Shown: positions 1-9,216 of the stretch, piece by piece
Layout: every line of letters begins with the position of its first letter
Position numbering within the stretch: the stretch's first letter is position 1
From: Syntrophomonadaceae bacterium
GTDB taxonomy: Bacteria > Bacillota > Dethiobacteria > DTU022
Assembly (NCBI GenBank): GCA_007121075.1
Contig: SKMK01000042.1
Location: forward strand, 2,098-66,097
Direction: 5' to 3'
DNA: 64,000 nucleotides
Made by a program: the position numbers and the translations under genes
Notes under the pieces: generated by a model
Database searches by the model: none
Seen by the model: the letters and a program-made list of their open reading frames with translations, nothing else
Told to the model about the DNA's origin: nothing

Positions 1-1
1 A

Positions 2-415
2 GAACTAATCAAGCATATGGGTATTGAAGGGCAAGTAATAGTAAATGAAGACAATCAGAAAATAAAAGTAGAAATATACGGACAGGATGTAGGAAGCCTG
101 ATTGGGCGCAGGGGAAAAACACTGAGTGACATGCAATATTTAATCAGTGTTGTGATTAGAAGACAGTTTTATGAATTAAAGAAAATGATAGTTCTGGATG
201 TTGAGAATTACCGGGAAAGACGTGAAAAAACGCTGGTCCAGCTGGCAAAAAGTGTTGCCAAAAAGGTTAAGGAAGAAGGAATAGAAAAGGAACTGGAACC
301 GATGACCCCGCAGGAAAGAAGGGTAATTCACCTGGCTTTGCAGGATTACCCGGGCGTGACTACGACCAGCCGTGGAGAAGAACCATCTCGGAAAGTGGTA
401 ATTGTTCCACGTTAA
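2..415 (+). CDS. jag: Jag/EloR (KhpB) RNA-binding protein, KH + R3H domains; 5' end lies outside the window
   Basis: KH GxxG (LIGRRGKTL), R3H motif (ERRVIH), C-terminal SRGEEPSRKVVI; directly upstream of mnmE. Confidence 0.93.
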   Translation, partial: ELIKHMGIEGQVIVNEDNQKIKVEIYGQDVGSLIGRRGKTLSDMQYLISVVIRRQFYELKKMIVLDVENYRERREKTLVQLAKSVAKKVKEEGIEKELEPMTPQERRVIHLALQDYPGVTTTSRGEEPSRKVVIVPR

Positions 416-418
416 ACA
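403..418. promoter_or_regulatory. parS site overlapping the jag stop codon
   Basis: TGTTCCACGTTAAACA, 15/16 match to TGTTNCACGTGAAACA; near parAB. Confidence 0.75.
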
Positions 419-430
419 TAACTCCAAGGC

Positions 431-456
431 GCCGCCCCTTGACGGGGCGGTTTTTT
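431..456 (+). terminator. Rho-independent terminator after jag
   Basis: GCCGCCCC-ttgac-GGGGCGGT followed by a T run. Confidence 0.8.
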
Positions 457-488
457 AATGAAATAAAATGGATTAAAGGGGGCAAAAT

Positions 489-1877
489 ATGACCGATAAT
501 GAAACAATTGCTGCAATAAGCACCCCTCTTGGCGAGGGGGGGATTGGTATAGTGCGTTTAAGCGGGCCGGAAGCATTTCGCTTTGTCGAAAAGATTTTTT
601 ATTGTCAAAACAGAGAACAACCGGATTATCCAAGGCCCCGGTACCTGTACTATGGACATATAAAAGATTTTCAAGGTAGCTTTATTGACGAGGTTCTGGT
701 TTCTTTTATGCCCGCCCCTCAAACTTACACCAGGGAAGACATAGTAGAAATAAACTGTCACAGTGGTATATTTGCCCTTCGCTCAATACAAAAGCTGGTC
801 ATTGAGGCAGGAGCGAGGACGGCAGAACCGGGAGAATTTACAAAAAGGGCTTTTTTGAGTGGCCGGATAGACCTGAGCCAGGCGGAAGCTGTTTTAAACA
901 TGATCAAGGCTCGTTCGGAAGAAGCTGTAAAGGTTGCTGCAAGGGGGTTGCAGGGCGAGTTGATGTGCAAAGTGGAATCTGCCAGAGAAAAAATTATATC
1001 ACTGAGGGCTCCGCTTGAAGCATCTTTTGATTATCCAGAAGAATTTGATGAGGAATTTGACTACAGCATGTTGGAGAGCGGATTGAAAGAAGTAATCGGA
1101 CATTTAGAAGATATGCTTAAGGGTGCAGAGAAAAACAGAGCCTACCAGGAAGGCGTATCTGTGGCAATTATTGGCAAGCCAAATGTGGGCAAATCCTCAC
1201 TGCTAAATGCTCTGTTACAGCATCAAAGGGCGATAGTGCATGAAGTTCCTGGAACGACCCGTGATTTGCTTGAAGGTTATATGAACCTGGGCGGGTACCC
1301 CATCAAACTGGTCGATACTGCCGGCATTCAAAAGACCTGGGATCCGGTGGAAAGGCAGGGCATTGATTTGTCGCGATCAGCAGCAGGGCAGGCCAGGCTG
1401 ATTATAATGGTTTTTGATGGTTCTGACGAATGGTCGCAGGCGGATGAAGAAATTGCTGCAATCAGGCGAACAGATCAGGGTCTAATTGTTGTCATTAATA
1501 AAACAGATCTTGAGCAAAAGTTAAATCCGGAAATGCTCAGAGAACTTTATCCTGAACTGAGTATTATTGAAACCTCCGCTGTTTTAGGTTCTGGGATTAA
1601 AGATTTGGAAGCTGCTGCAATAGCTGAGCTGGATCGAATTTATGGAGCAGAGACAGTCAGCGAAAGCCCTGTTGTGGTCTCGATCAGGCACGAGGAAATA
1701 ATAACCCGGGCCCGGGAGCATTTGGACAATGCCAAGGCAGTGCTGAGGGAGCAGCCCCTGGAAATAGTGAGTATGGAAATGCAAAATGCCTGGGACAAAC
1801 TGGGAGAAATTACTGGAGATACGGTTAACGATGCCCTCCTGGATAAAATATTTAGCGAATTTTGCCTGGGCAAGTAA
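489..1877 (+). CDS. mnmE: tRNA modification GTPase MnmE (TrmE)
   Basis: ETIAAISTP N-terminus, GKPNVGKSS, GTTRD, DTAG, NKTD, C-terminal FCLGK. Confidence 0.97.
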   Translation: MTDNETIAAISTPLGEGGIGIVRLSGPEAFRFVEKIFYCQNREQPDYPRPRYLYYGHIKDFQGSFIDEVLVSFMPAPQTYTREDIVEINCHSGIFALRSIQKLVIEAGARTAEPGEFTKRAFLSGRIDLSQAEAVLNMIKARSEEAVKVAARGLQGELMCKVESAREKIISLRAPLEASFDYPEEFDEEFDYSMLESGLKEVIGHLEDMLKGAEKNRAYQEGVSVAIIGKPNVGKSSLLNALLQHQRAIVHEVPGTTRDLLEGYMNLGGYPIKLVDTAGIQKTWDPVERQGIDLSRSAAGQARLIIMVFDGSDEWSQADEEIAAIRRTDQGLIVVINKTDLEQKLNPEMLRELYPELSIIETSAVLGSGIKDLEAAAIAELDRIYGAETVSESPVVVSIRHEEIITRAREHLDNAKAVLREQPLEIVSMEMQNAWDKLGEITGDTVNDALLDKIFSEFCLGK

Positions 1878-1909
1878 TTATACGATGAATAAAAGGAGCA
1901 GGAGAAAGC

Positions 1910-2635
1910 ATGTCTGAACAAGTTCGCGATACAGTCGAAGATATGTTTAAAACCCTGAACCTGAAAAATGGTGATGCCCGGCAAAAGGAAACTATTACAA
2001 AGTACATATTATTGATTCTGGAATGGCTTCAGATAGTGAGGCTGACCGGGGAAAAAAATGCAGATGGTATTATATGGCAGCAAGTATACGATTCGCTTTA
2101 TCTATTAAAACTAACAGATCTGAACAAGGGGCTCGAGGTTATAGATCTTGGCAGCGGCGGTGGTCTGCCGGGGATACCATTAAAAATTTGCAGGCCCGGG
2201 ATAAAAATGTACCTGATGGATTCCAGCAAAAAAAAGGCCAGTTTTTTGAAAGAAGCTATCGAAAGGCTTGGCTTGAATGATACTTATATATTATGCGGCA
2301 GAGCAGAAGAATTTGGAAAGAACAAGGATTACAGGGAACAATATGACCTGGTTGTATGTAAGGCTGTTGCAGAAATGGCAGCATTGATCGAACTTGCTTT
2401 ACCGCTCTTAAAGCTTGAAGGCAGAGCACTGATATATAAGGGGCCGCGGGGAAAAGAAGAAGCAGAAGAAGCTAAAAGAGCATTGGAAATATGCGGTGGA
2501 CGGATTAGTGGGGAATGGCAATATAATTTGTCAGGTGGTCAAAGTAGATCTTTATACGAAATAAAAAAGGAATCTTTTACGCCCCATAAATACCCGCGCC
2601 GGCCCGGGGTGCCGGAGCGCAAGCCTATTAATTAA
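1910..2635 (+). CDS. rsmG: 16S rRNA m7G527 methyltransferase RsmG (GidB)
   Basis: DLGSGGGLPGIPL SAM motif, GRAEE, YPRRPGVP C-terminus; synteny. Confidence 0.95.
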   Translation: MSEQVRDTVEDMFKTLNLKNGDARQKETITKYILLILEWLQIVRLTGEKNADGIIWQQVYDSLYLLKLTDLNKGLEVIDLGSGGGLPGIPLKICRPGIKMYLMDSSKKKASFLKEAIERLGLNDTYILCGRAEEFGKNKDYREQYDLVVCKAVAEMAALIELALPLLKLEGRALIYKGPRGKEEAEEAKRALEICGGRISGEWQYNLSGGQSRSLYEIKKESFTPHKYPRRPGVPERKPIN

Positions 2636-2765
2636 AAGGCATACAAAGAACCGGGATTCCGGTAACACAAAATACTGTCTAAATTAATTTGTTAGAAGGA
2701 AAGAATCAACCACTGTCAAAATTAAAGGAAAGGGAAAGTAGCCCTAAAAAAGGAATGTTGGCATT

Positions 2766-3623
2766 ATGACAAAAAATTGGAATCAGCAAATGTCTGCTGC
2801 AGAGATTGAACCGTCGACCGACAAAGTTCTGGCTATTGATATTGATCGGATCAAAGCTAATCCATTTCAACCAAGACGGGAAATTGCGCAGGAAAAAATA
2901 GAAGAACTGGCCCAATCAATCAAAGCATCCGGCTTGATTCAGCCAATAGTGGTTCGCAGGGCAGGAAACGGATATCAGCTGGTTGTAGGCGAACGCCGGT
3001 TATTGGCTTGCAAAAGGCTGGGCTGGAGGAAGATCTCGGCAGCAGTAAAGACTTTAACCGATAATGACATGGCTACAACTGCCTTGATAGAAAATTTACA
3101 AAGAGAAAATCTAAATATAATTGAAGAAGCAAACGGTTATGTAAGCCTGATGAAAAATTTTAATTTAACCCAGGAAATACTGGCGCAGAGATTGGGTAAA
3201 AGCCAGTCCACAATAGCCAATAAAATCAGGCTGCTGAAACTACCGGATTCTGTCCGTAGAAAACTCCAGGAAAATAACCTGACAGAGAGACATGCCCGGG
3301 CCCTGCTTAGACTTGATTCAGAGGAACAACAGTTAAAAGTAATTGAAGAAGTTAAGCAGAAAGGCCTCACAGTCAGCCAGTTGGAAAAGAAGCTTGGAAA
3401 AATGAATGCCGGCAAGGGTGGACGAAGGAAAGTAAAAGGCTCAAAGCCAGTGATCAGAGATATGCGAATTGTCTTAAACACTATTCGGGAAGCAATCGCT
3501 GTAATTCAAAGTTCAGGTTTTTACCCTGAAATTGATGAAACGGTTGAACCAGACTATATCGAAGTAAACATCAAGCTGACCAGGGATATGATCGAAAATA
3601 GAAACATAAAGGACAATGGTTAA
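2766..3623 (+). CDS. noc: Nucleoid occlusion protein Noc (ParB family)
   Basis: NPFQPRR, GERR, ENLQRENL, HTH; C-terminal IRDMRIVLNTIR typical of Noc; between rsmG and soj. Confidence 0.85.
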   Translation: MTKNWNQQMSAAEIEPSTDKVLAIDIDRIKANPFQPRREIAQEKIEELAQSIKASGLIQPIVVRRAGNGYQLVVGERRLLACKRLGWRKISAAVKTLTDNDMATTALIENLQRENLNIIEEANGYVSLMKNFNLTQEILAQRLGKSQSTIANKIRLLKLPDSVRRKLQENNLTERHARALLRLDSEEQQLKVIEEVKQKGLTVSQLEKKLGKMNAGKGGRRKVKGSKPVIRDMRIVLNTIREAIAVIQSSGFYPEIDETVEPDYIEVNIKLTRDMIENRNIKDNG

Positions 3624-3662
3624 GTTAAAATAACAGTAAAAGATTGTGAGGAGAGGTTTAAA

Positions 3663-4442
3663 ATGGCCCGGGTAATTGCATTAGCTAACCAGAAAGGCGG
3701 CGTAGGAAAAACAACAACAGCAATAAATCTCGGCGCCTCACTGGCAAAAATGGGAGAAAAAGTCCTGCTTATCGATATTGATCCCCAGGGGAATGCCACC
3801 AGCGGTGTTGGCTTGGACAGACAGAACATGAAAACATGCATCTATAATACCCTGATTGAAGACCATCCATTGAAAAAGATCATTATGCCTACCCGCTGGG
3901 AAAACTTAATGCTGGCTCCGGCAACCATCCAGCTGGCCGGGGCTGAGATAGAACTGGTTTCTGTGGTTTCACGTGAAGAAAAGCTAAAACAGGCCCTGAA
4001 GCCGGTGACAAACGAATATGACTTCATAATTATTGATTGCCCGCCTTCTCTTGGACTTCTTACTCTCAATGCGCTTAATGCAGCACATGGCGTCCTGATC
4101 CCGATTCAATGCGAATACTATGCCCTGGAAGGATTGGGCCAGCTTATGAATACCATTAACCTGGTCAGAAAGCACCTAAATGAGAATCTCACCATTGAAG
4201 GAGTGCTTTTAACCATGTATGATATACGTACAAATTTGTCTGAACAGGTTGCGGAAGAAGTCAGGAATTATTTTAAACAGTATGTTTATAATACAATAAT
4301 ACCCCGAAACATTCGGTTAAGTGAAGCTCCCAGTTATGGCCAGCATATCCTTGAATATGATCCGCGAAGCAAGGGAGCTATACTTCATCTATCTTTGGCC
4401 CGGGAGGTTTTGGAAAATGGCAGAAAAGAAACGTCTGGGTAG
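3663..4442 (+). CDS. soj: Chromosome partitioning ATPase Soj/ParA
   Basis: NQKGGVGKTTT deviant Walker A, DPQGNA, DCPPSLG, QCEYYALEG. Confidence 0.97.
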   Translation: MARVIALANQKGGVGKTTTAINLGASLAKMGEKVLLIDIDPQGNATSGVGLDRQNMKTCIYNTLIEDHPLKKIIMPTRWENLMLAPATIQLAGAEIELVSVVSREEKLKQALKPVTNEYDFIIIDCPPSLGLLTLNALNAAHGVLIPIQCEYYALEGLGQLMNTINLVRKHLNENLTIEGVLLTMYDIRTNLSEQVAEEVRNYFKQYVYNTIIPRNIRLSEAPSYGQHILEYDPRSKGAILHLSLAREVLENGRKETSG

Positions 4443-5292
4443 AGGGCTGGGGGCGCTAATACCGGAGGTAATGGATGATTCATCCGAAACAAACGAAATA
4501 CCCCTGGATCGGATCAACCCCAACCCCTATCAACCTCGCCGCGATTTCGATGATGAAAAACTTAAAGAGCTCACTGCTTCTATAAAAGAGCACGGAGTCT
4601 TACAGGCAGTGGTTTTGTCGCCAGATCCAGATGAGGAAGGAAAAAATTACACGCTGGTGGCGGGAGAAAGACGCTGCCGGGCCGCCAGGCAGGCAGGGCT
4701 GAAAACGATACCAGCTGTCATTAAATCTGTTGATCGAAAAACAATGCTGGAAGTAGCCCTGATCGAAAATTTGCAGCGGGAAGATTTAAACCCTGTTGAA
4801 GAAGCAATGGCTTATAAAAGATTGATGCAGGAGCACAATTATACCCAGGAAGAGTTGGCCCGCCGGTTGGGGCGAAGCAGGCCTTCGATTGCCAACAGCG
4901 TCAGGCTGCTGGGATTGCCGGATACAATTCTTGATTATCTTGCGGAGCACGAAATGACTTCCGGACAGGCCCGCCCTTTGCTGGCATTAATCGATCAGCA
5001 AAAACAAGAAGATGCCGCCAGGAAAATTATGAAGGAAGGCCTTTCCGCCCGGGAAGCGGAAAAACTGGTTTCAAAGATTAACAGCCCTGGCGAAAACAAA
5101 AAACATGAAAAACAGGATCAGGAAATGGTTCAAGATCCACTGCAGGCCGAGCTTCAATTGCAGCTACAGCGGGCCCTTGGGACAAAAGTAAAGATTAAGC
5201 CTGGTAAAAGCGGAGGTATAATTGAGGTTTTTTATTACGGAGAAGAAGATCTTGAAAGACTTGTGTCTAAGATTTTGCCTGAGGGAATCTAG
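4417..5292 (+). CDS. spo0J: Chromosome partitioning protein Spo0J/ParB
   Basis: MAEKKRLGRGLGALI, NPYQPRR, AGERR; start set to ATG 4417 after GGGAGG. Confidence 0.96.
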   Translation: MAEKKRLGRGLGALIPEVMDDSSETNEIPLDRINPNPYQPRRDFDDEKLKELTASIKEHGVLQAVVLSPDPDEEGKNYTLVAGERRCRAARQAGLKTIPAVIKSVDRKTMLEVALIENLQREDLNPVEEAMAYKRLMQEHNYTQEELARRLGRSRPSIANSVRLLGLPDTILDYLAEHEMTSGQARPLLALIDQQKQEDAARKIMKEGLSAREAEKLVSKINSPGENKKHEKQDQEMVQDPLQAELQLQLQRALGTKVKIKPGKSGGIIEVFYYGEEDLERLVSKILPEGI

Positions 5293-5297
5293 ATAAA

Positions 5298-5313
5298 TGT
5301 TTCACGTGAAACT
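5298..5313. promoter_or_regulatory. parS site just downstream of parB
   Basis: TGTTTCACGTGAAACT, 15/16 match to consensus. Confidence 0.85.
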
Positions 5314-5537
5314 TTATTGTTGCTCCAAAGAAAGACTGTTTTGCACAGCAGTGCCTGGATCCAGGACTAAAAAGCCGTCTTTTTGCTTGTTTGTCCAGGC
5401 TGGATCAGGTGTGTTATAATTGATAAGCGATTTTTATCGGGGGAGAATGCCTGCAGTGGTGTTTTAATATCGCCCGATTTTTTAACGGTAAGTTTTGAGC
5501 AGGCAATTTAGGACGCTAACCTTTGGTCAAGGAGTAG

Positions 5538-6524
5538 TTGCACGTTATGTCATCGAACAAGGAAAAGCGCTGTTTTACAATTATGATCGTGCCTCATTCT
5601 GAGGAGGCCACTTACAGCCTGCGCATTCCGCTTTTTGTTGTGCAGATTGCCGTTGGTTTGCTGGTCCTTGGTGTTGCCGGTTTTAGTGCCCTGGGCTATG
5701 CTTATTTGAAAGCGGCGGCTGAGGCCCAGGAGACTCAGGCTCTCAGGGAGTTAAACCGAGTCCAGCAGGAAGAAATCGATTCCCTGGCTATTGAAACAGA
5801 AAGAATGATTGAGCAGCTGCATGACGTTGATGAATTGGTAAAATTTGTTACAGAGAAGCTCGAACTGGAAGAAGAAGAAGTGGATGAAGTCTTGGAGGAC
5901 CAATCTGGCTCCAATTCTAATCCTAACCGGTCTGCAACAAATGGCTATGCTTACAACACTAACCCACAGTTTCATGATGGTGTGGGCCCGCTGGCTTACG
6001 AACGCCCCTACGATCAGGGCTCCTCTGGCGGGGGACTCCTGGAAAGGACAGCCGGTAATATTGAAGTGCTTAAAAATATAGTCCCGGAACGCTCGGACAC
6101 CCTTGACCTGCTTGGCGAGTACGCTGAAAGAGCAAAAGCCAAGCCCTCTATCTGGCCGGCAAGGGGCCGAATTACTTCCGGTTATGGTATGAGGTCAATT
6201 CCATATAGCAGTGGATACCAGTTTCACACGGGTATTGATATAATTGGTTCAAGAGGCTCACCAATCTGGGCTACTGCTGATGGAAAAGTTGCTTTTTCCG
6301 GTTACCGGGGCAGTTTAGGGAACCTGTTAATTATTGATCACGGTTATAACTATGAAACCTATTATGCTCATCTTTCCGAGTTTGCTGTTAACAAGGGAGA
6401 TAACGTTGAAAAGGGAGAAACAATCGGTTATATGGGCGCCTCAGGCAGAACAACCGGCGTCCATTTGCACTATGAAGTCCACTATGAAGGATTGCCGGTA
6501 AATCCAGAACGGTATTTAGACTAG
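5538..6524 (+). CDS. Membrane-anchored M23 family peptidoglycan endopeptidase
   Basis: N-terminal TM helix, coiled coil, HTGID and HLHYEV zinc motifs. Confidence 0.92.
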   Translation: MHVMSSNKEKRCFTIMIVPHSEEATYSLRIPLFVVQIAVGLLVLGVAGFSALGYAYLKAAAEAQETQALRELNRVQQEEIDSLAIETERMIEQLHDVDELVKFVTEKLELEEEEVDEVLEDQSGSNSNPNRSATNGYAYNTNPQFHDGVGPLAYERPYDQGSSGGGLLERTAGNIEVLKNIVPERSDTLDLLGEYAERAKAKPSIWPARGRITSGYGMRSIPYSSGYQFHTGIDIIGSRGSPIWATADGKVAFSGYRGSLGNLLIIDHGYNYETYYAHLSEFAVNKGDNVEKGETIGYMGASGRTTGVHLHYEVHYEGLPVNPERYLD

Positions 6525-6548
6525 TTGTTGGAAAAGGAGGAAAAGGGA

Positions 6549-7025
6549 TTGTTTAAAAAAGATAACATGGAAATCCCGTCTGACAAAGTGAATACGATTA
6601 TAGGCAAGGATACTTCTTTTAATGGAACCATTAACGGTACAGGTTTGATCCGCATCGATGGTGAAGCCGAAGGAACTATAATAAACCAGGGCGATGTGGT
6701 AGTTGGTGAAGGTGGCCGGGCTTCCGTCGAAATGAAGGCCCGCAATATAACCATTGCCGGTCAATTTGAAGGTACTCTCGAAGCGAAAGGAAAATTGGAG
6801 GTAAAAAGAACCGGGAATGCAACCGGGACTTTCAAGGCTAATGTATTGTCGATTGAAGAAGGGGCTGTCCTTTCAGGGACAATGGAAATGCAAGGCAAAG
6901 AAAAAGCTGGAGAAAGCCAGCCCTCAAAAGAGAAAAGTTACAGTCCTTTTGATACAGGACAACCCGGTGCCAGCAAATCGCAGGGTTCTCTTGGTGAAGG
7001 AACTTCAAAAGAGAAGGCTCTGTAG
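6549..7025 (+). CDS. Bactofilin (polymer-forming cytoskeletal protein)
   Basis: NTIIGKDTSFNGTI...IRIDG...G.I beta-helix repeats; TTG start at 6549 after AAGGAGG. Confidence 0.9.
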   Translation: MFKKDNMEIPSDKVNTIIGKDTSFNGTINGTGLIRIDGEAEGTIINQGDVVVGEGGRASVEMKARNITIAGQFEGTLEAKGKLEVKRTGNATGTFKANVLSIEEGAVLSGTMEMQGKEKAGESQPSKEKSYSPFDTGQPGASKSQGSLGEGTSKEKAL

Positions 7026-7065
7026 AGGGCCTGAAATTTAATTGGATCAAAAGGTATTAAGAATC

Positions 7066-7103
7066 ACAGGAAGCAGATCATGGTGCTTCCTGTTTTCTTA
7101 TTT
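7066..7103 (+). terminator. Rho-independent terminator
   Basis: ACAGGAAGCA...TGCTTCCTGT stem with T-rich tail. Confidence 0.7.
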
Positions 7104-7234
7104 GATAATGACAGCTTTTTAACTGATTTTTATCAACCCCGGCAGGAATTAGAAGCAAAAAGAAGAAATTTAGTAATTCGTATTCTTTAAAGCAAGAATC
7201 TAAATAATTTAGAATTGAAAAGCGAGGTATTGAC

Positions 7235-7882
7235 ATGCTGATAATTCTTTTAGGGCCGCCTGGAGCAGGCAAAGGAACACAAGCAGAAAAGATCATTCAG
7301 AAGTTTAACCTTGTATATATTTCAACTGGAGACATTCTAAGGAAGGCGGTAAAAGAGGGATCCGCCCTGGGCCGCAAAGCGCGTGAGTATATGGATCAGG
7401 GCCAGCTGGTGCCTGATAATTTGGTAGTTGAAATAGTCAGAGACAGGTTAATGGAGCCTGACTGCGCCAATGGGGCGCTCCTTGACGGATTTCCCCGGAC
7501 GGTTGATCAGGCTGTATTCCTGGAGCAGGTTCTGCCTGACATTGATAAAAAAGTAGACAGGGTTTTGCTAATTGAAGTTGATGAAAATGAATTAATAGAA
7601 AGGCTCACTGGAAGAAGAGTCTGCGGTGATTGTGGAGCAAACTACCATGTTAAATACAAGCCGCCTAAAGTTCGCAATGTTTGTGATCAGTGTGGAGGGG
7701 ATCTTTACCAGCGAGAAGATGATACACTGGCGACGGTTACTGAAAGGCTCGAAGTATATAAACGACAAACCGAACCCCTGGTTGAGTTTTACCAGGAAAG
7801 AGGTTTGCTCAGTTCTATTGATGGGAACCAGGACATAGACGATGTTTTTGATCAAATCAACAGTGTTTTGGAGGATCTTTAA
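7235..7882 (+). CDS. adk: Adenylate kinase with zinc-binding LID
   Basis: GPPGAGKGTQA, STGDILR, LDGFPRT, CGDC/CDQC. Confidence 0.96.
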   Translation: MLIILLGPPGAGKGTQAEKIIQKFNLVYISTGDILRKAVKEGSALGRKAREYMDQGQLVPDNLVVEIVRDRLMEPDCANGALLDGFPRTVDQAVFLEQVLPDIDKKVDRVLLIEVDENELIERLTGRRVCGDCGANYHVKYKPPKVRNVCDQCGGDLYQREDDTLATVTERLEVYKRQTEPLVEFYQERGLLSSIDGNQDIDDVFDQINSVLEDL

Positions 7883-7901
7883 ATACTGGTGGTTAACGAA
7901 A

Positions 7902-8108
7902 ATGGCTGATTTTCAGGTTGGGCAATTAATCCAGATGAAAAAAGGGCACCCTTGTGGATCTAATCGTTGGCGGATAATCAGAATAGGGATGGATTTTAGG
8001 ATAAAATGTGTTAACTGCGGGCGCAGCGTATTAATACCTCGATCCAGATTTGAGCGCCGTGTAAAATATATTTTTTCAGAATCCGGCAGCGAATCTGAGT
8101 CAACTTAA
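7902..8108 (+). CDS. DUF951 family small protein (YyzM-like)
   Basis: MKKGHPCGSNRW...GMDFRIKCVNCGR; upstream of ychF. Confidence 0.88.
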   Translation: MADFQVGQLIQMKKGHPCGSNRWRIIRIGMDFRIKCVNCGRSVLIPRSRFERRVKYIFSESGSESEST

Positions 8109-8124
8109 TCAGGGAGGTTAGGCT

Positions 8125-9186
8125 ATGGCCTGGAGCTGTGGTATTGTGGGGTTGCCAAATGCAGGCAAATCGACAATGTTTAAAGCCCTGACGGCGCTCG
8201 ATATTACCATAGAAAGCTATCCATTTTCTACAATAGATCCCAATAAAGCTATTGTACCCCTTCCTGATCAAAGGTTAAATGCTCTGGCTGAAATGTGCAC
8301 ATTCGAGAAAGTCACCCCTGCAGCCATTGAAATTTTTGATGTAGCCGGGCTCGTCAAAGGCGCCAGCCGGGGCGAAGGTCTCGGAAACCAGTTCCTGGGG
8401 CACTTAAGAGATGTGGATCTGCTTATTCATGTGATAGCCGGATTTGACCTGTTTCCCGAAGACAGTGAAACACCACTGTCACGGATGGAGACAGTGAACC
8501 TGGAGCTGTGCCTGGCCGATCTGGAAGTATTAACTAGAAGGCGCCAAAAAGTTGAACCAAAGCTAAAAAGCGGCGACAAGGTCGCTGAAAGAGAACTGGA
8601 AGTGCTCAATAACCTGGAAGACCACCTGAATCGGGGATTATTTTTGCGTGATTTAGAGTTTTCCAAAGAAGAGAAAACTGCGGTAGATCAGCTTCCCTTG
8701 CTGACCCTAAAAAAAATGGTTTATGTATATAACCTTGATGAAGAATTATTTTTGGATCCCGACCTGTCTTTTTTCCCCCCGGAAAGCCCGGTTGTGCCTG
8801 TATGTGCAGGACTTGAAGCAGAGCTTACAGAGCTGCCCGGAGAAGAAAGAAGCACATTTTTGGAAGCATATGGGATCAACGAGAGCAGGACGGAAAAACT
8901 GCTGAGCGAATGTTATAATCATCTGGGGCTTTCAACTTTTTACACTGTCAAAGGCGATGAAGCCAGGGCCTGGGTGGTGCCGGCTGGCATCAGGGCCGTA
9001 GAAGCAGCCGGAAAAGTACATACTGATATGGAGCGCGGTTTTATTAACGTGGAGGTCATATCCTGGGATTTGCTGCTTTCTGAAGGAAGCTTGACCCGGG
9101 CCCGCGATAAAGGCCTGGCCAGAGTTGAAGGGCGAGACTACCCTGTGGAAGATGGCGACGTCCTTTTTTTTAGATTCCGCCAATGA
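8125..9186 (+). CDS. ychF: Ribosome-binding ATPase YchF
   Basis: GIVGLPNAGKST, YPFSTIDPN, DVAGLVKGAS.GEGLGNQFL, TGS domain ending DGDVLFFRF. Confidence 0.93.
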   Translation: MAWSCGIVGLPNAGKSTMFKALTALDITIESYPFSTIDPNKAIVPLPDQRLNALAEMCTFEKVTPAAIEIFDVAGLVKGASRGEGLGNQFLGHLRDVDLLIHVIAGFDLFPEDSETPLSRMETVNLELCLADLEVLTRRRQKVEPKLKSGDKVAERELEVLNNLEDHLNRGLFLRDLEFSKEEKTAVDQLPLLTLKKMVYVYNLDEELFLDPDLSFFPPESPVVPVCAGLEAELTELPGEERSTFLEAYGINESRTEKLLSECYNHLGLSTFYTVKGDEARAWVVPAGIRAVEAAGKVHTDMERGFINVEVISWDLLLSEGSLTRARDKGLARVEGRDYPVEDGDVLFFRFRQ

Positions 9187-9216
9187 GAAGCAGTGAGAAG
9201 GGCAGGTTGATCTGCT

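Noticed and set aside
3965-3980. parS-like GGTTTCACGTGAAGAA inside soj
   Set aside because: Only 13/16 match, and explained by the VSRE codons
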